Shown here: piece after piece, positions 25,903 to 34,050 of the stretch | Numbering within the stretch: position 1 is the first letter of the stretch | Layout: each line of letters begins with the position of its first letter | Origin: Dehalococcoidia bacterium | GTDB lineage: Bacteria > Chloroflexota > Dehalococcoidia > Lucifugimonadales > CATQGZ01 | Direction of reading: 5' to 3' | Assembly (NCBI GenBank): GCA_965223945.1 | Contig: CBDCXW010000008.1 | Coordinates: 1,062,794-1,126,793, forward strand | DNA length: 64,000 nucleotides | Notes under the pieces: generated by a model | What the model saw: the letters and a program-made list of their open reading frames with translations, nothing else | What the model was told of the DNA's origin: nothing | The model's database searches: none | Program-made: the position numbers and the translations under genes

Positions 25903-28638
25903 TCAGGCCTGAACCGGCTCCGGGCGCTCCGACTCAATCAGCTTCTCGAAACGTACGGCGCAGACCTTGTACTCTGGTATCTTGGAGTTGGGGTCGAAGG
26001 CGGAGTTCGTGAGGAAGTTCGCCGCGTGCTCCTTGAGCTTCACGAACGGGACAAAGACCTCGCCGGCGCGCATCTTGTCCGAATAGAGGACACGCCCCTC
26101 CAGGTTGCCTCGACGCGACCGCAGCCGGACCCACTCGCCGTCCTCCAGTTTGAACCGCTCACCGTCCTCGGGGCTGACCGCGATCTGCAGCTCAGGGGCA
26201 CGGGCCAGCAGCCCCGACGCCCGGCGCGTAATGGTGCCGCCGTGCCAGTGATACAGGATTCGTCCCGTGTTCAGAATCAGCGGGAAGCGCTTTGTGGGCA
26301 TCTCCTGTGCCGCGGGGCCCTGATCGTAGGCGACGAACCTGGCGCGGGGGCCGCGTGGAAAGTCCTTCTCGTAGAGGAACCGCGTGCCCGGATGATCAGG
26401 GGTGGGGCAGGGCCACTGTATGCCGCCCTCCTCGTTCAGACGTTCGTAGGATATCCCGGCCAGGTTCGGGGTGAGCGCCGCCATCTCCTCCCACAGCTCT
26501 GATGGGTGTGAGTATGTGAACTCATGCTCCAGGTCGAGGCCGAGCCTCTCGGACAGACGCCGCCCGAGATCGGCAATGATCTCCCAGTCGGGCCTACTTT
26601 GGCCAATAGGCTCTACCGCCTTGCGGACGCGCTGGACGCGCCGCTCGCTGTTGGTGAAGGTCCCGTCCTTCTCGGCGAAGGAGGTCGCCGGGAGCACGAC
26701 GTCGGCTATCTCGGTCGTCTCGTGCATGAAGATGTCCTGCACGACCAGGAACTCGAGCGTCTTGAAGGCCTTCTGAGCGTGGTTCAGGTCTGGCTCGCTG
26801 AGCAGAGGGTTCTCGCCGGTGACGTACATCGCCTTGATCCGGCCCTTTAGCATCTGATCGACCATGTCGGTCACCACCAGGCCCTTCTCGGGCGGCAGGG
26901 GGTGGTTGCTCCAGGCTTCCTGGAACTTCGCGACAGTGTCCGGACCGATGGTCTGGTAGCCGGGGAAGGCGTCGGGAATGCAGCCCGCGTCGCCACAGCC
27001 TTGAACGTTGTTCTGACCTCGGAGCGGCGATACGCCGGAGCCCGGCGTGCCCAGCTGACCGGAAACCAGAGCGAGGTTCAGGACGCCGTGCGCATTGGGC
27101 GTGCCATTGGTGTGCTGGGTGATGCCCATCCCCCATATGAGGCAGGAGCCGCTGAACGGCGGTCTGGCGTAGTGCCGGGCCGACTCCGCGATATCCTGCG
27201 CAGGGACGCCCGTAATCTGCTCGGCGTATGCCAGATCGTACTTCTCCACGACCTGACGCCACTCGTCGAAGCCCTCGGTGCGTTCGGCTATGAAGCGTTC
27301 GTCGGCAAGACCCTCATCGAGGATCACCTTGGCCATGGCGTTGAGCAGGGCGACGTCCGTCCCAGGTCTGGGACGCAGCCACAGGTCGGCGAAGTCGCAC
27401 ATGTCGATGCGGCGCGGATTGATTACAATCAGTTTCGCGCCCTTCTCGATCACCGCCCGCCGCATACGTGACGCCGCTACGGGGTGGTTGGAGTTGGCGT
27501 CGGAGCCGATAATCACCAGGCATCCGGCCTCCTCGTAGTCGACGTAGGAGTTACTTGTTGCTCCGCTGCCGAGCGAGGTCAGCATCGCCTCCACGGACGG
27601 CGAGTGGCAGAGCCGGGTGCAGTGGTCGATGTGGTTGCTCTGCATCAGCAGGCGCGCCAGCTTCTGCTGTATGTAGCCGTCTTCGTTGGTCGCCTTCGCC
27701 GAGCAGAGGGTGGCGAAGGAGTCGCCGCGGTACTCGATCAGCCGCTCGGCTACATAGTCCAGGGCCTCGTCCCAGGAGACCGGGACCAGGACGCCCTCCC
27801 TCCTGACGAGCGGCTCCGTGAGGCGGTCTTCGTGGTGGACGAACGTGTACCCGAACCTCCCCTTGACACAGAGCATGCCCAGGCTCGATTGGTTGTCCGG
27901 ATCGTCCAGCATCTCTATGATCCGGTCGGTGTCGTCCACCTGCGCCTTGATGCCGCAGCCGACGCCGCAGTATGGGCAGGTCGTGGTGACGCTCTTGGTC
28001 GCTTGCGGGAGGGCCTGCTTGACCCTGATAGCGCCCGTAGGGCAGACCGACAGGCACTGGCCGCACGTTGTACATATCGACTCGACCAGCGGCCGGTCCA
28101 TGAAGGTGCCGATGCGGGCGTTGTCTCCGGTGCCGAGGACATCGATAGCGCCGATGAACTGGGCGCCGTCCTGGCAGCCCTTAGCGCACCGGCCGCACAG
28201 GATGCAGGAGTCCATGGCAATGTCGAAGACCGGGTTGCTGGTGTCGACCGGCTCCCGGTCTCGCCCGTTCCATCTAGGCGAGGAGATGTCGTGGTGAGCT
28301 GCCGCCGCGCTCAGCTCCCTATATCCGTTCGTACCGTCCCCGTTCGAACTGGGCAGCATGCCCAAGGTCAGCTCGACGACACCCTTACGGATGGCCATGA
28401 CCTCCGGGGTGTCGGTCCAGACCTTCATGCCATCGGCTGCTGGGACTGAGCATGACGCTGGGAGTCCTCTCTGTCCATCGATTTGCACCAGGCAGGTGCG
28501 GCAGGCCCCGATGGCGCCCATGTCGGCGTCCTTGCAGAGCTGGGAGATGTATGTCCCAGAGCCGTTGACGGCATCGAGAACCGAAGAGCCCTCCGGAACA
28601 TCCATGCGCTGCCCGTTGATGTAGAGCGTGACTGTCAT
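25903..28638 (-). CDS. fdsA: NAD-linked formate dehydrogenase alpha subunit (Mo/W-bis-MGD, Cys type)
   Basis: 911 aa. N-terminal 2Fe-2S (CRTCLVQIDG) and 4Fe-4S clusters. The MGD domain has HIDHCTRLCHSPSV, with Cys where selenoenzymes carry Sec. Confidence 0.92.
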   Translation of the reverse strand: MTVTLYINGQRMDVPEGSSVLDAVNGSGTYISQLCKDADMGAIGACRTCLVQIDGQRGLPASCSVPAADGMKVWTDTPEVMAIRKGVVELTLGMLPSSNGDGTNGYRELSAAAAHHDISSPRWNGRDREPVDTSNPVFDIAMDSCILCGRCAKGCQDGAQFIGAIDVLGTGDNARIGTFMDRPLVESICTTCGQCLSVCPTGAIRVKQALPQATKSVTTTCPYCGVGCGIKAQVDDTDRIIEMLDDPDNQSSLGMLCVKGRFGYTFVHHEDRLTEPLVRREGVLVPVSWDEALDYVAERLIEYRGDSFATLCSAKATNEDGYIQQKLARLLMQSNHIDHCTRLCHSPSVEAMLTSLGSGATSNSYVDYEEAGCLVIIGSDANSNHPVAASRMRRAVIEKGAKLIVINPRRIDMCDFADLWLRPRPGTDVALLNAMAKVILDEGLADERFIAERTEGFDEWRQVVEKYDLAYAEQITGVPAQDIAESARHYARPPFSGSCLIWGMGITQHTNGTPNAHGVLNLALVSGQLGTPGSGVSPLRGQNNVQGCGDAGCIPDAFPGYQTIGPDTVAKFQEAWSNHPLPPEKGLVVTDMVDQMLKGRIKAMYVTGENPLLSEPDLNHAQKAFKTLEFLVVQDIFMHETTEIADVVLPATSFAEKDGTFTNSERRVQRVRKAVEPIGQSRPDWEIIADLGRRLSERLGLDLEHEFTYSHPSELWEEMAALTPNLAGISYERLNEEGGIQWPCPTPDHPGTRFLYEKDFPRGPRARFVAYDQGPAAQEMPTKRFPLILNTGRILYHWHGGTITRRASGLLARAPELQIAVSPEDGERFKLEDGEWVRLRSRRGNLEGRVLYSDKMRAGEVFVPFVKLKEHAANFLTNSAFDPNSKIPEYKVCAVRFEKLIESERPEPVQA

Positions 28639-28684
28639 GCCGTGGACTCCTGACTCAACGAGCTAGCTTGGTTTCCAGGATTGT

Positions 28685-28870
28685 CTAATTGAAAGGTATC
28701 CCAAGGTCACTGCATATCCTTCTGGCGAGATTGTCACTGATTTCGTTGTGCCTGGGTACGGCCGTCTTCGTGTTCGATGCAGGATCGCGCCATATTGAAT
28801 GGCGTCTGCCCTCCCTCAGCATCTCGCATCCATAGGAACGTAGATGCCGAAGTGGTGCGCTGCGCCTCAT
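28685..28870 (-). CDS. hicA: HicA-family mRNA-interferase toxin
   Basis: 61 aa. LRSYGCEMLREGRRHSIWRDP...TAVPRHNEISDNLARRICSDLGI matches the HicA pattern. Overlaps hicB by 4 nt. Confidence 0.8.
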   Translation of the reverse strand: MRRSAPLRHLRSYGCEMLREGRRHSIWRDPASNTKTAVPRHNEISDNLARRICSDLGIPFN

Positions 28871-29076
28871 ACGGCTATTCGTTCCTCCTGATAGTCCTCT
28901 CCGGCTGCAGCTATGGCGTCTTCCCTATAAACTTCCAGCATCTCTTTCAGGGTTATCCTGAGGGTCTCCAGTAGCTCTTCATGAGTTGCTTCCTGGCAGT
29001 TTACACCCGGGACCTCCTCTATCCATCCGATCCACCAGTCGCCGTCTTGCTTGATCACCGCCGTGTAGTTGTTCAC
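28867..29076 (-). CDS. hicB: HicB-family antitoxin
   Basis: 69 aa. YTAVIKQDGDWWIGWIEEVPGVNCQEATHEELLETLRITLKEML is typical of HicB. Confidence 0.8.
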   Translation of the reverse strand: MNNYTAVIKQDGDWWIGWIEEVPGVNCQEATHEELLETLRITLKEMLEVYREDAIAAAGEDYQEERIAV

Positions 29077-29100
29077 CGTCGTCTCCCTCAGAGGGTCGTG

Positions 29101-30702
29101 CTAAGACTTGCCCGCGAGATCGGCCATCTCGGCACCGAAGAAGTGCAGGACGCTGGTTACGGGATTTCCAGCCGCCTGACCGAGGCCGCAGAGCGACGCC
29201 GCGTTCACGACGTTGGCCAGATAGCTCATCTCGTCCAGGTCATTCACCGTCCCGCCACCGGCGATCAGGCGGTCCACGGCGCCGACGATCCGCGGGGTGC
29301 CCTCGCGGCACGGAGTGCACTTCCCACACGACTCGTTCGCATTGTAGGCCGCAAGCTTGCGCAGTGCCTCTGGAACGGGGACTCGCTCGTCCAGCGCGAT
29401 TACACCGCCGGCCCCGAGCATCACGCCGGAATCGTGCAGGAGTCCCGGCCTGATGGCCGTGTCAAGCATGGAGGGAGGCAGTATGCCGCTCGACGGACCT
29501 CCGACGGCCAGTGCGGTGAGGGCGCGCCCGTCTTCCGGACCGCCCCCTATGTCGTAGACGATCTCGCGCAGCGTCGTACCCATGGGTACCTCGGCGACGC
29601 CGGGCCTGGCAACCGAGCCGCTGATGCTGACTAACTTGGTCCCCTTGTCCGACTCAGTGCCGACGGCGGCAAACGCCTCGGCCCCGTTGGCGAGTATGAA
29701 CGGCACGCTCGCCAGGGTCTCCGGGTTGTTTATGACGGTGGGACTTGCCCGAAGGCCCGACTCGGTGGGGAACGGCGGGCGGAGCCTAGGCTCGCGCCGG
29801 TCGCCCTCCATCGTGTTGAGGAGGGTCGTCTCCTCGCCGCAGACGTAACCTCCGGCGCCTCGCCGGATCTCGACGTCCAGTGTGAAGCCGGAACCCAGTA
29901 TGTCGCGACCCAGTAGGTCGCGGTCGCGTGCCTGATCGATGGCTGTCTGCATGCGCGACGCAGAGAGACCCGCCTCGGCGTTGATGTATATGTACGCCTG
30001 TTCCGCTCCAGAGGCGTACGCCGCAATCGCGGCTCCCTCGATGACCCTGTGCGGAACACCCTCCATCAGATGCCGGTCCTTGAAGATGCCCGGCTCGCCC
30101 TCCTCAGAGTTGACAACGAGGTATCTGGGCGTTCTTCCGACACCGCGCGCGCCCTTCCACTTGAGAGCGGCCGGAAAGTAAGCGCCGCCTCTGCCGCGGA
30201 GGCCAGAGTCCTCGACGTCCTCGATGACCTCCTCCGGGGTCATGGAAAGGGCGCGGGCTAGTCCGGCGTAACCGCCCTTCAGGATGTATTCGTCGATGTC
30301 TATGGGGTCAAGGTCGCCGCATCCACTCAGGACCAGACGGTGTTGCCCGTTGAAGAAGCCCGCTGGACTGTCGAGGCGGGACATGGAACGGCCGTCCGCC
30401 GAGCTGCGAAACGGCCTTGTCACGCCGTCGGCAGTGATGTTCGAGTACCTGTGGCCTGCGCCGTAGGAGTATGTCACAGTTACCTGGGGGGCGGCGAAAC
30501 ACGCGCCGTCGCAGCCAGTCGTTACCAGGTAGGCGTCGTCGGGCAGCGCGTCCGAGACGGCTTGGGCGACTTCCGCCGCTCCGACTGCCTGCGAGCAATG
30601 GGAGACCTGCACGGCGACTCGCGCCTTGCCCCAGCGGGAGTCGATCTGCCGCTGCTGGGCGGACTCGTGGAGTCGCGCGATGGCGTCGGAGACGGTAGTC
30701 AT
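29101..30702 (-). CDS. fdsB: formate dehydrogenase beta subunit (NuoF-like, FMN/NAD/4Fe-4S)
   Basis: Start at codon 110 of ORF 29101..31029 (MTTVSD..), overlapping the fdsG stop (ATGA). GRGGAYFPAALKW, NSEEGEPGIFKDR and ESCGKCTPCREG are NuoF motifs. Confidence 0.88.
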   Translation of the reverse strand: MTTVSDAIARLHESAQQRQIDSRWGKARVAVQVSHCSQAVGAAEVAQAVSDALPDDAYLVTTGCDGACFAAPQVTVTYSYGAGHRYSNITADGVTRPFRSSADGRSMSRLDSPAGFFNGQHRLVLSGCGDLDPIDIDEYILKGGYAGLARALSMTPEEVIEDVEDSGLRGRGGAYFPAALKWKGARGVGRTPRYLVVNSEEGEPGIFKDRHLMEGVPHRVIEGAAIAAYASGAEQAYIYINAEAGLSASRMQTAIDQARDRDLLGRDILGSGFTLDVEIRRGAGGYVCGEETTLLNTMEGDRREPRLRPPFPTESGLRASPTVINNPETLASVPFILANGAEAFAAVGTESDKGTKLVSISGSVARPGVAEVPMGTTLREIVYDIGGGPEDGRALTALAVGGPSSGILPPSMLDTAIRPGLLHDSGVMLGAGGVIALDERVPVPEALRKLAAYNANESCGKCTPCREGTPRIVGAVDRLIAGGGTVNDLDEMSYLANVVNAASLCGLGQAAGNPVTSVLHFFGAEMADLAGKS

Positions 30703-31166
30703 GAGCTGACCGCCTCCTGAAGGAGCTCCAGGGCGGAGCTCGGCGTCACGCGTCCCTTCCATCTGCCGTCCATCTCGACGGCGGGAGCCATGCCGCAAAG
30801 AAAACCGCACGGGGCCTCTTCCAGGGTGACGCCGCCGTCTGCTGTGGTGCCGCCAGAGTGAAGGCCCAGCTCCGACTCCATCAGCGCCAGAATTTCCTTG
30901 CCTCCGTTTATCCAGCACCCCAGCCCCGTGCATACCCTGAGGACGTGCTCGCCGGGCTTTTCGATACGCAGCTCCGTGTAGCTCGTCGCCGCTCCGTAGA
31001 CCTCGCTGGCCGGTACGCCGAGGTGCCACCCGGTCACCTCCATGGCCCAGTCGGGCAGGTAGCCGAACTCGTGCTGTAGGAAGTGGAGCGCCGGCAGGAG
31101 CTGCCCGCGCTCCCTGGGGAAGCGCTCGCGCAGGATGGCTCGGAGGGATTTCCGGTCGTCTATCAT
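30699..31166 (-). CDS. fdsG: formate dehydrogenase gamma subunit (NuoE-like 2Fe-2S)
   Basis: 155 aa with a LRVCTGLGCWINGG...CGFLCGMAPA cysteine pattern. Its start overlaps the aor stop (ATGA at 31163-31166). Confidence 0.85.
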   Translation of the reverse strand: MIDDRKSLRAILRERFPRERGQLLPALHFLQHEFGYLPDWAMEVTGWHLGVPASEVYGAATSYTELRIEKPGEHVLRVCTGLGCWINGGKEILALMESELGLHSGGTTADGGVTLEEAPCGFLCGMAPAVEMDGRWKGRVTPSSALELLQEAVSS

Positions 31167-33019
31167 CTTCTCGTGCTCAAGTGGAAAGGGACTGGTTCCA
31201 GGGCGAGGTCCACCAAATCCAGGTCCCGCAGCTTGCTCTCCGGGATGAGTCCGTCTTCAGTCCAGCCGCGGGCGCTGTAGTAGCTCCCGATCATCATGTC
31301 CAGGTCTTCCCGATTCAGTCCGACGCCCTGTGCCACGCCAGTCGGAAGGGTCTCGTCCAGCACCCTCGGGGGCAGCGTGTCGTGGTCTCGCGTCCAACCC
31401 TCGCGGATGTTGAACAGCTTCTTCAGGTTGTTGATGCGCTCGCCGGACTGCCTCAGGTCGTCGGCGGTCATGGGCCATCCTGTGATGCGTTCGTATATTT
31501 CCGCCGACTCCGCGTACAGGTCGTTGAAAGCCTTGCGCAGGAACTTGCACCAGATCAGCGAATCGAGCACGGCGGAGAAGTCCTCGCCCGCGGCGGTTAT
31601 CCGACCGCGCTGTTCGTCGGCTTTGAGACGGTCGACCGCTGAGGAGAAGTCGGCCTCGTAGGCCGAGGACCTGTTATGGCACGCTCCCCGGGTGGAGACG
31701 GCCAGTCCGAGAGCCATAGTCTTGAGGCTTCTCGGCTCGTAGCCGGGCATCTCCAGCCCCTTCACCTGCATCGCCCAGGCGTCGGAGCCGTTGCCGACGA
31801 CGGCTGCCGCCCTCCGGCTTCCCTCGGCCAGCAGGCCGCCCAAACCCTCTCGCTCGGCGATCATCCGGAGCACGGTCATGACTGCCTCGGCGCTGCCAAA
31901 TCGCAGTTCGAGCCCCCCGGTGTCGTCCTCTGTGAGGATGCCCCTGTCGAAGCACTCCATGGCCCAGGCGATAGTGCCGCCCGCACTTATCGTATCGATC
32001 CCGGCATCGTCGCAGAACCGCGACGCCCGGATCACGGTGTTGGGGTCGGCCACTCCCACCAGCGGTCCCAGGGCGAACGCGCTCTCGTATTCCATCCTGC
32101 CGGCGACGCGGGGGCCGTCGTCATTGGTTGCTAGAATCTGCTCGCATCCTATCGTGCAGCTGGCGCAGTGGGCGTTCTTGACGTGGTGCGACTGGTGCAT
32201 CGCCTCGCCGCTGACCGGCTCGGCGCCTTCGAAGGTGGACTGGCTGAAGTTCCGCGTTGGGAGAGCCCCCAGGCGGTTGAAGACGGCGACGTTGGCGATC
32301 GTGCCCAAGGTGCGGTACTTCTCCGTCGCCGGACCGAGGCTTCTCCGAGCGAGGTCGCGGCGTGTGATGTCCAGCCACTCGGAGTCGGCCACGGGGACTC
32401 TGTTCGAGCCGCGGACGGCGATGGCCTTGAGGTTCTTCGATCCCATCACGGCCCCGGGGCCGGTCCGTCCGGCCTGGCGGCCGCCGTCGTTGCTGATGCT
32501 CGCGAACCTGACCAGCTTCTCGCCCGCGGGGCCGATGCACGCGACCCGCGTCCGTGTTCCCAGCCGCTCCTTTACCGCGGCTTCCGTCTCGGATGTGGAC
32601 AGGCCCATCAGGCCCGAGGCGTCCAGGAAACCAACGCGTCCGTCGTGGACCGAGAGCAGGGTCGGGAGCTCGCTTTTTCCTACGATGACCAACGCGTCGC
32701 AGCCGCAGCCCTTGAGCTCGGTGGCAAGGAAGCTGGACGACAGAGAATCGCCTATGAAGCCTGTCAGAGGAGACTTCGTGACTACGGCGAACTTGCTGGA
32801 GGTGGTCAGCCTGCTGCCCACCAGCGGGCTTGTGACGAAGATAAGAGGATTGGCGGGGTCGAGAGGATCGATCTGGGGCGGGCAGTGCTCGTAGAGCAGG
32901 TAAGTCCCTAGCCCGGTGCCTCCGATGAACTGCCGCAAGACATTCTCGCTCAGCGGCTCCCAGCGCACCGACCTATGGGTCAGGTCGACTACCAGATATG
33001 CGCCATGATAGCCGAGCAC
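31163..33019 (-). CDS. aor: aldehyde:ferredoxin oxidoreductase family (tungstopterin) enzyme
   Basis: 618 aa. YHGAYLVVDLT...FIGGTGLGTYLL...SSKFAVVTKSPLTG is the AOR N-domain signature. Confidence 0.9.
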   Translation of the reverse strand: MLGYHGAYLVVDLTHRSVRWEPLSENVLRQFIGGTGLGTYLLYEHCPPQIDPLDPANPLIFVTSPLVGSRLTTSSKFAVVTKSPLTGFIGDSLSSSFLATELKGCGCDALVIVGKSELPTLLSVHDGRVGFLDASGLMGLSTSETEAAVKERLGTRTRVACIGPAGEKLVRFASISNDGGRQAGRTGPGAVMGSKNLKAIAVRGSNRVPVADSEWLDITRRDLARRSLGPATEKYRTLGTIANVAVFNRLGALPTRNFSQSTFEGAEPVSGEAMHQSHHVKNAHCASCTIGCEQILATNDDGPRVAGRMEYESAFALGPLVGVADPNTVIRASRFCDDAGIDTISAGGTIAWAMECFDRGILTEDDTGGLELRFGSAEAVMTVLRMIAEREGLGGLLAEGSRRAAAVVGNGSDAWAMQVKGLEMPGYEPRSLKTMALGLAVSTRGACHNRSSAYEADFSSAVDRLKADEQRGRITAAGEDFSAVLDSLIWCKFLRKAFNDLYAESAEIYERITGWPMTADDLRQSGERINNLKKLFNIREGWTRDHDTLPPRVLDETLPTGVAQGVGLNREDLDMMIGSYYSARGWTEDGLIPESKLRDLDLVDLALEPVPFHLSTRR

Positions 33020-33023
33020 TGCC

Positions 33024-33368
33024 TTACCCTCCAGCCTGACTGGAGAACAGCAGAACGCTGTCCCCGGGCTTGAGCGAGATACCGTCCTCGCCGACGAACG
33101 CCGTCCCGTTCACATTGAGCGTGTAGCTCTCTATCAGGCCCGATCCGTCCTCGTGGACTGCGAGCCCACTCAGCCTCGGACAGGACTCCAGCAGCGCTGC
33201 GGCCAGATCGCTCATACCCGCACCGACGGGTACCGTGGCAGTTATCCGTCTCTGGCCCGTCGTCACCCGCGCCTGTCCGAAGAGCTCGACCGTGACCTCG
33301 ATCTTCTGACCGTCGGAGTTGGAGGTCTGTAACACCTGAGGCCTCTCACGTTGGTGGCTTGCGCACAT
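33024..33368 (-). CDS. MoaD/ThiS-like sulfur-carrier protein (C-terminal GG)
   Basis: Ends ...GDSVLLFSSQAGG. Lies 4 nt upstream of aor. The exact start is uncertain. Confidence 0.7.
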   Translation of the reverse strand: MCASHQRERPQVLQTSNSDGQKIEVTVELFGQARVTTGQRRITATVPVGAGMSDLAAALLESCPRLSGLAVHEDGSGLIESYTLNVNGTAFVGEDGISLKPGDSVLLFSSQAGG

Positions 33369-33398
33369 TCTACCATCCCCGCCGAGAAGGCCTCGTGA

Positions 33399-34046
33399 TC
33401 AGCATCCCCGCGCCGCAAGCTGGTGGGCGCGATCGAGGTCCTCCTGAGTATTGACGTTGAAGAAGCTAAGCCGCTCCGGGTCGATCCTGTCGAGCTCTGC
33501 CTCCGCAACATAGCGCACCCTGACCTCATCGAAGAAGCCGGTTATCTTCAGCTCGCCTGCCTCCAGTCGGCGCCTGATGTGCGGGAGGCAGACCAGGTGG
33601 TAAAGGGCGTGCGTGGGCTCGGGGCGACCGTCGATGAGTGGGGCCACGACGTCAAAGCCCTCCCGGAGCGACGACATGTGCGACAGCAGCGCCGTGTTCA
33701 GGAAGGGCATGTCGCAGGAGACGACGAATGCCCAGTCTCTGACGGCGGCGGAAAGGCCGGTGTAGATGCCGCCGAGAGAGCCCTTGTTCGGGTAGATGTC
33801 GACTGCGACCGTTGCCGATTCGGGAATCGGCAGCGCCCTAGCCCGGCCGGGCTCGTTGACCACGACGACAGTCTGGCTCGACACCTGGGACAGCCTCGAA
33901 ATGACGCGTCGGATCAGCGGCTCTCCGCCGACGGGCTCGACGGCTTTGTCCCGGCCCAATCTTCGGCTCAGCCCGCCGGCCAGAACTACACCAGATGTCT
34001 CGGATTGTCTTTCCCGGAGGAATAGGGGTTCGGCATTCTGAGCCAC
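33399..34046 (-). CDS. mobA: molybdenum cofactor guanylyltransferase
   Basis: VVLAGGLSRRLGRDKAVEPVGGEPLI is the MobA signature. Confidence 0.85.
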   Translation of the reverse strand: MAQNAEPLFLRERQSETSGVVLAGGLSRRLGRDKAVEPVGGEPLIRRVISRLSQVSSQTVVVVNEPGRARALPIPESATVAVDIYPNKGSLGGIYTGLSAAVRDWAFVVSCDMPFLNTALLSHMSSLREGFDVVAPLIDGRPEPTHALYHLVCLPHIRRRLEAGELKITGFFDEVRVRYVAEAELDRIDPERLSFFNVNTQEDLDRAHQLAARGC

Positions 34047-34050
34047 AGTT

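Noticed and set aside
27500-27600. Selenocysteine recoding in the formate dehydrogenase alpha subunit, given that selA is in the window.
   Set aside because: The ORF is uninterrupted and the active-site position is Cys (CTRLCHSPSV).
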